DNA from: Puccinia triticina
Lineage: Eukaryota
Assembly: GCA_026914245.1 (NCBI GenBank)
Contig: CP110440.1
Coordinates: 682,001-746,000, forward strand
Direction of reading: 5' to 3'
DNA: 64,000 nt
Shown here: in pieces, positions 31,087 to 44,813 of the stretch
Numbering within the stretch: position 1 is the stretch's first letter
Layout of the letters: the number at the start of each line of letters is the position of its first letter
The notes under the pieces: generated by a model
What the model saw: the letters and a program-made list of their open reading frames with translations, nothing else
Told to the model about the DNA's origin: nothing
Database searches by the model: none
Position numbers and translations under genes: made by a program

Positions 31087-32544
31087 TGTGAGCCTGAGTC
31101 TCTTATGTGACAGCAGGACACAAGAAAAAGGGGGACACTGATTGAATTCCTTGGGATAAAGAAATACAAGCAGTGGAGAGAAGAGGAATAGAAGAGAGAA
31201 ACTGAGAAGAGAGAAACTTGATCTGTTTGAATTATGATTTAATATGGGCCAAGCTCTACCTGGAAAAGTAGGCTGCCAACTGTGCTAGAGATGCAACAGT
31301 CTCCACTCACACCAAGGAAACGGTGGTGGGATTCAGAAGTAGGTTGACTACAGTGCCCCCCACGACTTCTCAACTACCCCTACAGGGAGGTTCCAAATTT
31401 TGGAGTTTTTTTTTTCAAAAATTCTTTTAAAAGTGGGCTGATGCTGGGCTCTTTTTGGCACATTTTTTGATGCAAATGTCACATTTCACCAACCAGACCT
31501 GGTAACATGCATGATAATAGTCCAAATTCATTGAAATTTCACTGGACTTGCTGCCAAGAGAGCAATGAAGAAATATTCTTCACATTGCCACATTCCAAAG
31601 AGTGTACTGATGGATATGGCAATCATCAATAACTAAGGAGCTACATATTTACATAAATATCTACACCTGTAGTATGTATGTACATAGATAATTTAGTCTC
31701 TAAATACATAATAAATATTTTATAAGTCCATAGTACATGTCTGTAACCACATACTATGGTCTTAAAACCAGCTGTTCCAAATTTTGCATCTGAAAAAAAT
31801 GAAACTTTTTTTTGAGGCATTGCACAGACTTCAAAGTTATATTTTTGAGTTCTCCTACTTCATTAGGGCTCAAAAATGTATAGTTTACATGTGATACATG
31901 TCTGGTGACTTTGAACACATTGTTCAAAGTTCAATTTTTTTTTGCAGGTGCGGGGTAGTTGAGAAGTCGTGGGGGGCACTGTACTCTGCTCTGGTTTTAA
32001 AGGTCTTAACAAGAGATAACCTGTGGATCTTTTGTAGCAGAAGAGAGAAACAGAAGCAGGGAGAGAGCAGTCAAGAGCAACAGAGTTTCCTCTGAGATAA
32101 ACAAGGTCAGTAGAAGAGGGTACTTACTGTCAATATCCTGTGGTGATACTGGGAGTGAAGTGGCCTCTGGTTAGTGATCCTGGGTGTCTCTGGGGTATGG
32201 TTCTGGTGTGCTGAAGTCTGTGGATCCTCCAGCTGCATGGGGGATCTTGACTTCGAAAATTTTCAAAGTTGGATGACATAATCACACATGTACATGTGGT
32301 TTGGAGCGCTCAGGCGCGACTACACGGCGCTGCTGCGCACGTGTGTCACAAACCACAAACTCTATGAAGGAGTAGAGATATTGGAAAGTGATCAGTGAAC
32401 ACTAGGGTCAAAATTGCATGAGAAATCGGAATCTGAAGTCAAAACAACCTTATGTATTAAGATTAAAAAGATATGAGCACATTTAGGTATAAAATGGAGA
32501 TAAAAGGCAGTTTTAGGTCAACTGTGTTGACTCTAAGGCTGACA
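31087..32544. mobile_element. Solo LTR nested in the CACTA element
   Basis: TGTGAGCC...GGCTGACA termini; 5-bp TSD GGGTA. Confidence 0.8.
31351..31981. mobile_element. Tc1/mariner-type MITE
   Basis: Perfect 30-bp TIR CAGTGCCCCCCACGACTTCTCAACTACCCC; TA target duplication. Confidence 0.92.
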
Positions 32545-34877
32545 GGGTATGTGCACATAAAGGGGTATGTGCACATTATGAAAGGGGTGAATACATACAA
32601 AAGGGATATGTGCATGTGAAAGGGGTATGTGCACATGAAAGGGGAACTTTCACATGAAAGGGGAACTTTCACATGAAAGGGGAACTTTCACATGAAAGGG
32701 GAACTTTCACATGAAAGGGGAACTTGCACAGGTATCAACTCAGTATTTTGGAGCCTGTACCCGGTTTTTTGTACCTTAGACTCACTCTTCCATAAATTAT
32801 GCAATGTGCATGGAAATTGAATCAACCAGTGCTTGATTCTTGCATGAGGCACAGCTTGACTTGAGCTCTTGCATCTCAACTGCAAGCAGTTTCTAGAGTT
32901 TTTCTTGCAGTGCTGGCTATGTAAGTACAGAATTGGTATTTGTCACAACCATTACAACAGCAGTAACTAATGAATTTTGGTGGGCAGTTTATCATTGATT
33001 CTTTTTCAAATCCCACAATGGAATCATACAAAGTGAGCTATGAGGATCCAGGAGGACGACTCAGAGGGAGAATCACAGACTGCACTTGCTACTGGTTTGA
33101 ACAACACGGAAGCGCATGCAAGCACATGTTCTATCTTGCCCGTGAATCAAAGCGTCTGGTTGTTGAGCGGGTTGTTGATGGGCATGCTGGTCACGTGCAG
33201 AGCCTCCCCAGGACCAACAAGAGCAAAAACCCAGTCGTAATTGATTCAGCCCAGCGACATGACATCTCCACCATGGTCGGGGAATCCTTGCTTTGACCTT
33301 GGCAATGTTTTCCCCAAAGCCAATCATCCACATCATTCCAGTCAGCCGGGTCCAACAATCACAGTAGTAACTCGGCCTTCCACCACATTGACTTCGACAT
33401 TGAGATTCTGAGACCACATTGCAGTGTTCAGCCTGATGCAAGAAAGAGAAGGTACCAATGTGATATGTCGCCGCACTCACATTTGGACAAGAGGTCTCGT
33501 CTGCCGGAAATCGAGGAAATTGAGTGGATGCATTCCCACCCTCAACTTGCTAGAGGAAACCTGTCAAGTGGATTGTCTTCCGGAGCGTTACCAAAGGATG
33601 GTAATCAGGGCAACACCGGCTGCACTGAAGGTGAAGGAAGCAGCGACGTTGAGGTGGTAGAGGGTGATGGAGACCTGTTGAATCCGAAGACAGTGTTCAA
33701 ATCTGGCTTCAATTCTTTGGAAAGGTCGGCCAAGGGTTTGTTGACCGCAAAGGCCAGGAGGGAGATGGCGAAGGAGATTTCAGTGCGGGACATCGGTCAA
33801 TTTAAGGACCTTGCGCACGCAATCTTGGTAATGATTGAAGATCAATGTTTGGGTACAAATCGGACGGGCTCAAGCAGTTTCTCAGGGGCAGCCAATGCTG
33901 ATAGAATGAAAAGATCGGAGTTCAACAAGCTGATATCAGACATGCAGAAAGTTGGGTGGGAGAATATACAACGAGCAAAAAAGCTATTGATGAACACAAA
34001 GAACAAGGAACAATTCTGCGCATTGGGTCCGGCTGGCAACATGGTTCTGTTCCAAGAGAGGTGCTACGAGCTGGCTGGAATTTTGGAGGATGAAGGAGTG
34101 CTAGTGGCTCAAAAGCAAATTTGATGAAAAAAAGATTGCGGGGGTGTCAAACCTGGTAGAATAAACGGATTGTGAGCAAACATAAATTGGGGGGGAGGAA
34201 GTTTGTATCTTATTGGTACTGATACTTAAGTGTTTGTTGTGCTCTCGGGAAGTGTGAACTTTGTAAATTCTTGTTCAGTGTTTTTGCCAAACTATGGCAC
34301 ATCTGTTTCCTTTGCTCATCACGTTTCATCTGCTCGTCCCATGTACATAATGGAATGTTTACTCAGCTGGTTGCAAGTTACATACTACGTCTCATCCTCC
34401 TTTTGCAAGTCTCTGTTATCGGAGTACACATGTGTTATTGGGTTACTAAAGTTAGGCAAGTATCTTTGGTTACTGATGATCCGGTGGAGGATACATTCAG
34501 GCACGCGTCAGTCAGGCTGATATGCTGATTCTGCTGTTGGCTCAGGCTGGGTCATGGTGCAACATCAACCAAAGATCATTCAAATGAGATAGAAAGAGTA
34601 AAAAGTGATGTTTTTGATTGGAATATGGTAGCTGATCAAATATCAGTAAGCTGAACCAATGAATTATCACAGAAAAATGTGATGCAACCACATTGGAGAA
34701 TTTGGAAAAGAGACACAAAAAAAGAAACCAGAATATTCAATTAAATTGAGATAAAAAAGTAAGGAAAAAAGACATGTTTTGAGGAGCTCTTATAATGGGG
34801 ATCTGAATCAATAAGAAAATATTCAAGGTTGGAAAAAATGGGGAGTTGAATGTGATATTCACCTATTCATAATCTAA

Positions 34878-34907
34878 CTAGAGGCCAAGGCGGCTGCGCC
34901 GCTGCAG
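34878..34907 (-). mobile_element. Helitron 3' terminus
   Basis: Minus strand CTGCA-GCGGCGCAGCCGC(hairpin)-CTTGGCCT-CTAG|T; near-identical copy at 61015. Confidence 0.75.
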
Positions 34908-36066
34908 AGAATCAGGGGTTCACTTCACAGCATTCAAAAAAAAAGTTTCCTCAAAAAGACACCGGGGCAGCAGGCCGGCCTGCACACTAATAATTGTGTG
35001 GCTTTTTAATGGGTTAACAAGCAGAGAACTTGCCTTTTTTATTCTTTGGCTAACAGTGACACCTTATAAATGAATAACACAGCTTTGGATTGGGTCAGTT
35101 TGTAAATTGCATCAATCTCAATTTCAGTAATTCCAAATACAAATCAGAGCTCTTCATTACAAACAAGCATGCACTGCTCAGCTGAGCTGGCTTTGGATAT
35201 TTCAATCAGGAAACTAACAACCAGGAAACTTTGATTTTGTAGAAATGAGTTGGATGTCAAGTGACCATGTCAAAAATAGTATACAGTCACTGATAAGGAA
35301 AGGGGGAATAGTCATGGGCTGGAGCTGATAAGTAATCTGTTCTCTATCAAGCTGGAAATGAGCTGTTGTCCTCATGTAGCATCAGTCAACAATGTAGCAT
35401 CAGTCAAAAATGTAGCATCAGTCAACAACTTACATTGATTTGAACTGATGAGACCTAATTGCAGACAATACTTTTCACCTCCAGGATTGTCTTCCTCAGA
35501 GATATACATGTTCATGGAGGCCCTAATCATAAGACATTGTGGCGGCCACTTCTGTTTGCTCATAACAGAAAGTGAAAAAAGAGAGGCCAGGGCTAGTGAG
35601 ATGAATTGAATATGATTGCTTTTGACAACACAACATGTAGAAGTGATGATAATAATTTGGAAGCCTTTGAAAGGGCGCCTGGTACACAGTCAAGGGTCGG
35701 GCAGATTTGCAAAGCATGGTGCATTTTGTAACCTCAGGAATGGCATGTTCCTGCCTGCATATAAATCTTTACTCTCCAAAAAGATCCAAACACATCTTTT
35801 CATACCTTTTATTTTGAATCAGCTGGTAGTATTGCACAAAACACCTATCATGCAATACATCTCGATCCACGCAGCCATTTGAGTACACTAAGACAAGGTC
35901 AAAGAAATGCAGAGAGGGGAGAAAGATTATACTATGAACATGTAGTTTTGAGTATGGCATCTCAATAGGAAAATCATCACTAACAGAATTTTGAATAGTG
36001 GTCTAAATAGATATGCATAAACCAATTTTATTTCCTAGCCAAAAAGGGAGACCCTACCGACGTGAA

Positions 36067-37560
36067 TCAAGTTGACGGTTTAGAAGGTACCCACTCGATG
36101 TCTGTCGATTCGCCGAGCCAAAAATCCTTCAAGATCGCGGGTAGTTTGATGCCCGTGACCTTGTTATTCTGGTCCAGGATCACGCCGTTCTTGACCAGAC
36201 TTACGATCAGCCAGGGCATTGCTGCAGCGGTGGCGTTGTGAGTGTGGACGTAAGCCGGCTTGTCGCTTCCTCTCCGGCTTGGAACCGGCTTGCTCTCCGG
36301 CTCGCCTTCTCCTGAGTCCTGATTTCCCGTACAGGGATCGGGACACGGTCGGCGCACTTTGGAGCGGATCCCCGAGCCGCCGGGATTGGTAATCCGTACA
36401 GTTTGAGGCTGAAGAGACCTAGGTATAGATGTGCGGTGGCTGAGTGTTGGGAATTCTGTCGGGAGGATTTCCCAGGCAAACACAATTTCATCAGTTACCT
36501 CTCCCCATCTTCCCAGCCCTGGGATCCACGTCTCAATATCATATTTGTGGTAGGCCGATGCACCTAACTCCTGACTTGACAACTCCAAGACCCTTTTGTT
36601 TTTGGGAAAGACGTCAATCGATGGCTTCACCAAGTTTTAATGGATAAATCCATGTTTTTCAAGAACAAAACGAAATACCTCTATGGAAGATTAAGACTGG
36701 CAACAATCTGAATCTGAAGCTCGAGCATCTTTTGAAGCATCTTCTCACTCGTTGCGAGGTCAGAGTGGGTGATAGCCATGAGTTCAACTTTCTTAAACTG
36801 ATGAATTCGATATAAGCCTCGACTTTCACTTCCTCTCGCGCCAGCTTCGGCCCTATAAGCTGTTCATAGACTGACGAGCTGGATGGCCCTCGATGGGAAT
36901 GAGGGGCAAGCCTTGTTGGGGAGAGTTGATGAGTGAAAGGAGCCCACGAGGGGGATTTCGGCCGTTGCGGCGAGACAGAGATTGGGTCGAGAGATGCTCT
37001 AACGATTGATCTCCTTCCTCCGAGTTGGTGTCGTTGGTCTTGTGGGTCAAGACGAAGTGCGTGTGATTGGATTCGCCCCCGTCCCGGGGAGAAAAGCCGC
37101 ATCGCTCTGAGAGTTCGGTTCGGACGATGTCTGGCCCCAGGATGAGATTCCAGCCGGACTAAACGGCAGTGGAGATCGCATACTGCGTTAGCGCGAGCTC
37201 GAGAAAGGCCCCGTTGCCGAGCAGAAAGGGGAACGACGGCCCGGTTGTCTTCTGTCCGTCTGTGAACAATAACCATCCTAGTTCGGTCATGATTTTGAAA
37301 TGGTCCCGGTGAGGGTCTGGTGGGCGAGAAGGAACTTCGAAAGAGTTGAAGGGCAGTGGGTTGGCAGAAAGCGTTGAGCCGGAAGACAGAGAGACGATCT
37401 CGAATTGTTCGTACGCGCCGATCGGAACACTGGGGTGGATGTCGTTGGGAAGTTGTGTGGCCAAATCCAACAGGTGTTGTTCCAAGGTGACCCCATCCTT
37501 GGATAAGTTCGAGATCGCATCCTTGAGGGCGGCTGCCTCGGAGTGGTAATCCTTCACCTG
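36067..37560 (-). pseudogene. Seryl-tRNA synthetase pseudogene/fragment with introns retained
   Basis: [72 protein letters not shown] and HTHNATAAA. In-frame stops at about 37159 and 36864, frameshifts, N-terminus not evident. Confidence 0.88.
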
Positions 37561-38365
37561 GGCAGCAAGCTCTAGATTCTGAGGCTGGTGATGGTTGGGT
37601 TGCTTGCGGCTTTGGTGGTTTCTGGATACATGTTGTCGTGGTCACGCGCAGCCCAAAACCTAGACAACACCTAGCCTTTCAAAACACCGGCTTGCAGGTC
37701 GGAGATACCAGAGGGGCGTGGCAGTGGCGTAGTTGTCAGGGCTTTTAAATGCTGGATTGTCTATAAAATAGACCTTGGCTTGCTTGCTTATGTCCCCCAG
37801 GGCGTCCTCTGCCGCTGTACTTCCAGCGTGCGGTTCGTCCTCACCCCTCCGCTGTTGCACTTGCGCAGTTTGAGGGGCTAATCTCGTTGGCCCCCCTTTG
37901 CATAATGCCTTCAATGCGGCGCGCTGGGGGCCATCCACCCACTATTTTAAACCCTGCTAGACAGGGATGGATAGTGGGTCTAGTTTGTGGTGTTTAGATT
38001 TTGTGTTAATAACACTTTTTTTGTGATTTGTTTTTTTTTTGGAAGGGGGAACCCTTGCATTTTTCTGTAATTTTGTTAATTTGTAGGGGGAACCCTTGAT
38101 CTTTGTTTCTGTGTTTCTCTGTCTTTAATAAACTTGGATTGTTTGAAGAAACTATGTAATTATGTAGTACCCCCCGATGTAATGAAGCCCCACCAGAAAA
38201 GTTTTCATCAGATGGAATATGGATAGTCTTCAAAGTTTTTTCAAAATTTATGGTCACAAGAAGAAAAAGAAACATTCAGAATTTCTTGCTTTTCCACCCT
38301 CATTTTGAAGCTCTTTTTAAACAAATTAGTGATCTGTTAACCAATTTTGGATATATGTAATATCT

Positions 38366-41210
38366 TCATAGGCTATTGACTAAGAACTCTAATTCAGATT
38401 CATCATTCTCAAAAAGTTTATTTCCAGCATTGGACTCAATGAAATTTTCTCCCTCCAAAAAATTACCATCTAACAAATCCTTGATCAAACCTTCAATCTT
38501 GGTTTTTTTCTCTGCAGCGCAAGATTTCATCTTTTCAAGCTGTTCCCACCATCCTGGCAAATGCAAATTTGATTTTTATGGGTTTTTTTTTGCAATTACT
38601 CAAAGTTGTAATCAGGACTCACCTTCCCCTTCCTTATACTCAGGTAATTGAAATTTCCTTTGAAATTCTGGATTTTTATCAGATTTTTCACCACCTTCAT
38701 GTTCATGTTCAAATTCTTGAAACTTGTGTACTCTTGCGTTGCTGCTATTCAAGTTTTCCTCAGGCCAAAAAAAGTTCAATATGGATTTGATAAAACCAAA
38801 AGGAGCACTTGCTTCTTTCTTAGGTTCAACTTCATGGTCGTCTTCAAAGTCTGCAGGCACATCAATATCTATGTTATTGTACTTGACCTTCTTCATTTTA
38901 GGTTCTAGAAGTCGTATTTTAGGTTTTTCAATAATCCCACTGTCCGTTTGAATGTAATCTTTCCCAACTACTACACTATTCAGTCTTATATATTCTGGGT
39001 CTTTGTGCCGTACGTCAGCAAAATGGCGCCAGGACCATCGCTCATTTATATAAGACTGTATGTATTTTGGGTGTTCCTGCGGGTAATGCTTTTGTTAAGA
39101 TATGTATGCATGAACCATTTTTCACGAGTTCTGGAAAGTTAGAACTTTTTTACACACCTCTTGGATTTCTGGTTCCAAAGGTGGTGGATTTATTTCACTC
39201 CAGGTTAATTTTTTCTTTTCAATTTTTTTTCCAGGCTCTGAGTTTTCTCAAACAAAAAAGTAGATCAGATAGTTGTTGATACCATAGCACAATGCTTAAT
39301 TTTTAAGATCAATTCAGGATGCTCACTAAGTTTCTGAGCTGGGTCCGATGCTGTTTGAGATTTGAGGGCCGATCGAATTGGTTTTGTTTTGGTTACTGGG
39401 AGTTCCACTGGTGCCAAGTTCGATCAAAATGTGGGAAAATTGATCCATAAAAGCCTTTATACTAGAAAGACCTCTTACTAACTGGGTTTTGAAAATTTTT
39501 CACTGGGGATATCAGTACTCCAGCTCACTTTTCTGGGGTTTTCAGGCTCTGAGTTCTCATTTTTTTTTTAAAAAAAAAATCACAATGCAAAGTTGTCAAT
39601 GACATGGATCGTTTGATTTGTGAAATCAATTCAGGATGCTAACGAATTTTTTGCGTTTGATCGGATGCTGTTGGACGTTTGAGAGCTGATTTCCTTCTTT
39701 CCGTTGCCATTACTGGGACTTTGACTAAGGGCAAGTTTAACCGAAAGGGAGTCAAAAGCGTTGGATTCATGAAAACATAAATTGGCATAAGCTTGACTCA
39801 CTGGGTTTGGAACGTCTTCCGCTTCCAAGATTCGCCTGATCAACTGCAAAGTATTCATAATACCTGAGCGTTCCCTCAGATTGACGCTCGCGGCTTGAAA
39901 ACCGAGACTTACTGCGGTTTCGTGGGTCAAGAACCGCCGCACCCATCTTCAGGTCCTGCTGTTCTGAACCCTTCAGACCTTTATAAAAGTGTTTTGAAAT
40001 ACAAATTACTCACTGTCTATCGTTCAAGTGTTTCGAAAATGTTGGCATACAGATCACTCACCTGCTGGTCCTTCAATATCATAGAGGCCTAGTTCAAATA
40101 TATAAATATCAGATCGTCTCGTTTTCGGAAAGTCTCATTCCAATTGGATTGATGCACTGACCTTGCTCTGCGACCTTTTCTGCTTCTAAAGAATAAAGTA
40201 CGAATCAATTCCCGACAAGAAAGCCCCACGATTATCGGCATTTCAACATACCATTCACAATTTGCCCTGTCTCTGCAGCACCCAAAACTGCTCTCTTCAG
40301 GAGAGGCTTCCCAGGTGAAAGCGGGTGCGCAAGTCCATGGGACTTCAAGAGGTGGAAGGCAATCAAGAGTCTGGTTAACAACATGGTATTGCTAGCAATT
40401 GGCGCCAAGATTAGCTACTTTTTTTGGGTAGGAGTCTCGAAGTCAGGGGGGGGGGGATGTCTACGTGGCGAGTTTAAAGAGTCGAATGACGCCACAAATT
40501 TCACCTCCCCTGTCTCTTGTTGTCCTGGCTCTTGCCATCACTCAAATTCTGTACAATCAGAGTAATTCTTCATGGTTGAAACGCTTTAAATCAGGCAGGC
40601 CTCTGAGGCATAAACGCAGAGGGCGTATCCTTAAAATTGCTGGGAAAAACTTCAGCAACCGAGGATTTTATCGTCGTAGAAACATGCCAGGGAATGTCAA
40701 CCTGTTGAGGCTTATCTTGGTCTGGTTCGTTGATTATAACTTTGTCTGGTGATGAGTACAGAAAGCGCAGTCCTGTGTCCTGGTCATTGTAGACACAATT
40801 GATCAAGGGGATCCGTATTCCACAAGTACTAGCTCCTCCTGAGGCCTAGGCGCGCAGATATCCATGCCACAGCTGGAGCGCATTCCGTCTGCGCAAACGG
40901 TGTTGCTAGCTGCAGTTGCCATTGGTATGAATGAGGTTTTATTGTTTGTCACCACGTCCGCTGCGGCTTTGGCAGAGTTTTCGCTGGGAAGTACCGGTGG
41001 GGTCTTCGGCCAAGAGTTTCCACCTGGGCGACTCAGGGCGAGTTGGTACCGCAGTTGACACAAGAGTCGGCACAGGCTTTGACGAGTCACCAAAGTTTCA
41101 CTCTCGGCGCGGCGAGGATGTGGCCGATTTTCGAACTTACCGCACAGCTTTCTCCTTCGGCCCTGGAGTACGCAGTGGCCAGTAGGCTGTGTTTCTTTGC
41201 TTCCGGCCAT
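38366..41210 (-). CDS. Probable multi-exon gene (or genes) of unknown function, divergent from the PITH gene
   Basis: Chain of minus-strand exon-like ORFs with GT/AG boundaries (e.g. GTAAGT at about 41140). No family recognised; structure uncertain. Confidence 0.35.
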
Positions 41211-41342
41211 GGTGGAGGGAGGCCTGGCCACAGGATCATCGGGTGGATCGGAAATCGGGGCCGTGTCGCGGGGAGCAGCGGTCTTGACGCTGTGTCAATG
41301 GCAGGTTGAACGGTGCACCCACTTCTTCCAGGTTCCTTCAGG

Positions 41343-42530
41343 ATGGCGAACCCGCATCAGCACTCCTGCTGCTCACACGAAGCTCACAACCAGGACGACC
41401 AGCACATCAAACCCGGAGAAGGAAACCAAGGCGAGCGCCTGAAACTACATACATCTGTCTGCCAAATATATGGATGATGTAGAGGCTGATCATGATCATC
41501 AACTTCATTTGGGATCTGTATTCATCCAGATTTTTTGTTTTCAAAGGTGCGCTATCTACTTCGGTCGTTTTCAAGAGAATGTCCTCTCAATCACTCCAAA
41601 ATTTCCTTCCTCAAAAAAAAAAAAAGATTGCTCTTGATCAAGTGACAGGCTACAACGTCGAGCCCAATCATCCGGCGAAATCGTGTATAAAACCATGGGA
41701 CGATCGACTGGACGATGCTCAAGTCAGAATCAAAAATTCTGAACTACAAACTTCTTCCATGTATTAGAGATCTGATTTGGTTCCTTTGTGTTTGAACATG
41801 TGTGCCTCTAGTTTACCGAATCCGATATGGACCAGCAAATGATCATCCAGATACCATTCACTGGCTCGGTGAAACTGAGGACCGTAATTATCAGAACTGT
41901 ACCTGGTCAATTTCGTCCCACTCATGCCCATCTAGTCAGCTCCCTCCCTTGAGACCTTTATCTGTTGTTTGGACTAAATGCAAACTACACGGGACAAAAA
42001 TCAAACCGCAGTATGCAAACGAACCTAACTTGGATTTCGATACTCTCGAATCAAGAAAACCGATTCAAGTTCTAGACATCCCAGAGACAAACGAAGTGGT
42101 TGAATTTCCAGTCAGGTCAGATAAGATCTGATACAGTTTGTCTGCATCCTGGGTCCCGGTCACTCATCTTTGTTTCTCAATCGACAAACAACCATTCTAG
42201 AGTCGCCAAGTTTTCTTCGGTAACTTCACTGTCAATCTTTTTCAATTCCACTTCACCCGGAGCCGATAAAAGTCAAGTATATTTCTTAGGCTTTAAAGGC
42301 GAATTCACGAATGTAAGAAACCCCTCTTTCATTTTTTTTTTTGGAATAAACTTAGAATTATCTATGTATATATGTCCAAGCTGACCTCGGCTGCTGTGGT
42401 TTCCTGCACAACCTTACAAACAATCAAGCTATCGCGTAAACCGGTCATCGCAATTTACGAAGCCCAAGCCAATCCGACCGACCACGAGAAAATCAATGGC
42501 TTGAACGATTCAGTTCACCACGCCATTTAA
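41343..42530 (+). CDS. PITH-domain protein (PITHD1-like), multi-exon
   Basis: IKPWDDR, ESDMDQQMIIQIPFTGSVKLR, YANEPNLDFD, FPVRVAKF..VTSLSIFF, YFLGFKGEF and IYEAQANPTDHEKI. Confidence 0.9.
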
Positions 42531-44424
42531 CGATTTCGAAAAAAATGCCAAAGAAAATCTCACCCAGAAAATATACAGATATATCACATGTAACACTACC
42601 AGCAATTATCTTCTCGTAATACTACCTGAATGTTGCGCGACAGACCTAGACAAAAATATATCACCTCGCCTTGTGATTTGGGCCACATGCGGCAGAAGCA
42701 AAGATTCAGAGATTCCATGTCCCATCCTGTGTGCTCTGAAGCTCACTGAGCCGCTTGTTAATAGATTGGACGACTTGCTTCTATGTGAATAGCAAATGTG
42801 ACAAAGATCCTGCATACTTTTGCGCTACAAAATCCGGAAACTTGTATTGGAGAGTTTTTTATTTATTTTTTTAAGTGCAGATTTGATTTGACATTGCGCA
42901 CTTCTTGGAGAGTTGTTCTGTTGGTTTGTTGGTGAGCATGCATACCTGTGAAATCCTTGGTTAAAATGTAGGCTTGTGGGAGAATATGGTATTTGACGAT
43001 GAATACGTATATGCATCTTTATTTGACCAGACGGGCCTTTTTTATTTTGTTTCCTGCCTAGATTCGAGTCAAAGTCTCTACCTACTATTTGGCATCGGTT
43101 GATGAGATTGATATAAGAACAGACTACTTTTTCTTGGAATCTACCCATCGCTTGGTACACTCCCTGTATACTTCAAAGTACTGTTTTCCAAGAGTCGCCG
43201 TCAACAGCAACCCATGGTTTGATGTATCACGCGTCGTCGCCGGAAAGACATTCAAAGATCAAGATCTTGATCAGTCTTGCGTTCATTTCATGACGAGAAA
43301 ACAGACGAGCTTCAAAGCGCAGTAGATCCCAAACGCACATCATAACAAAGCGATTTGTCGTAGTTATTTCTATCAAGACATCTATGTGAGGCCTTTAAAT
43401 TTTAGTGATTGAAAGATAGGATCATATCAGTTAGTATCAGATTGAACAGAGTATCACTTTTCCACAAGAAATGTGTTGTTTTCCTGAAAGAAGGCAGGAC
43501 TCACTTTTCGTGCCGCTTGACATGGATCGACCAACCTATGGAGGACGTAAAGAAAGAACCCATCGCCAACAGAGAAACCATCGCCCCGGAAAAACAGTTG
43601 CATGCAATTTTACCTATGTATGCATGTATACAAAAGACCGGTTGACTATTTGAGACACTACGACGTACTTTGAAGGAATCTTAAGCGCCTCTCCGTCCTG
43701 ATCGAGGTGCCGTTCCGATCCCTTATGGCCAGCTTTTTCGGTCTGACGAGGATGCTTGTTGCTCTTTTGGTGTCGTCTGTCTATCAGGTCTTGCTGAGTT
43801 GATGGTGCGCTCGGAAAGGCTCTGGCGTTGATCTCCCCCAGTGATCGCTGTTCTTCCTTCTGGTCTTCGTCTGCCTTCGGTGTCTTCATCTTGGGGTCTG
43901 TTTCTTTCTGATCTTGTTCTGCGTTTCAACGTCTTCAACTTACACCTTGGACACATTTCCGCAGTGCGCAGAATTCTACATATCGCAGAATTCAACATAT
44001 CCGCACAGGAACCAAATTGGCCACACGGCACCGAGACAGAAAAAAATCTATTCAATTACACGCCGGGGGTACTTCCTGGCAAGTGGGTTCGTGGATGCAA
44101 CGGGTGACGCCGGCTTTGTGAAACCCACGTGGATTTCCCTGTGCCCCCGTCGGTATCACCAACCCGTTGAAAATGGGCGGAGACAACGTGATACCCAGTC
44201 GTCTCCAGCCTCCTGGGGTCTCCCCGTGATAAATTCACGGTGGAGCCGACAGCACCACAAAATGTCTTTGACAGGATTCCCCCTTTGCTCCCACCAAAGA
44301 GGATTCCACGGCTGCCCTTGGGCTCCCGGTGGAGCCAATGGGAACCTTTATTTTTGTTCAATGGGATATCCTTGTTGTTCCCACAGACAAGGATTCCACG
44401 GCCATCCCTGGGCTCCTGGTGGAG

Positions 44425-44774
44425 TGTAAGCCCCCATTCCTGGAGTCTTACAAGAACCTTTCACAAGACCACCTCAGCTTGTGACACTTCCTGCCCACTT
44501 AGTTCAAGTCCGTTTTCCCCTTCCTAGCCGCTAGAGATCCTGTTCCCCACATTTCTCCGGCTAGATAAGCCTTCTCCCTTTCCCTTCTTCTCCTTCAGTT
44601 CCCTGGTTGTACATACTGAGAGATCCTGTTCCCCACATCTCTCCGGCTAGCCTTGCTTTCCCTCACCTGCAAAGAAGCACACCCGTGAACTAGAATCACT
44701 CTCAGAGGCCTCCTGGCTCTGGTCCTCGCGCCCCTCTTTGACGACCAGTGAAGGACTCATCTGGAGTCCTTACA
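44425..44774. mobile_element. Solo LTR (350 bp) inserted in an older repeat with ~70-bp units (about 44100-44812)
   Basis: TGTAAG...CTTACA termini; perfect 5-bp TSD TGGAG. Confidence 0.88.
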
Positions 44775-44813
44775 TGGAGCCAACAAGAACACAGATTGAC
44801 GGGATCCCCACAT

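Larger units (their letters stand above)
30354..32912. mobile_element. Non-autonomous CACTA element, inverted copy of 10605-11638
   Basis: Same CACTGCAAGAAAAACTCTAG TIRs; 3-bp TSD CTG; same minisatellite reversed. Confidence 0.9.
27676..34124 (+). mobile_element. MULE (MuDR/SWIM) transposase pseudogene disrupted by nested insertions
   Basis: YSCPRRG..KCGCRARF..HNH (FAR1/WRKY-like), IMIDSTH, VMSDC, WCLFH, TNNYVEAWHRVLK, and SWIM CTCYWF....ACKHMF at about 33080. Reading frame is restored after removing the inserts. TIRs not identified. Confidence 0.88.

Noticed and set aside
43089..44055. Possible small gene
   Set aside because: Short ORFs on both strands with no recognisable motif or supportable exon chain.
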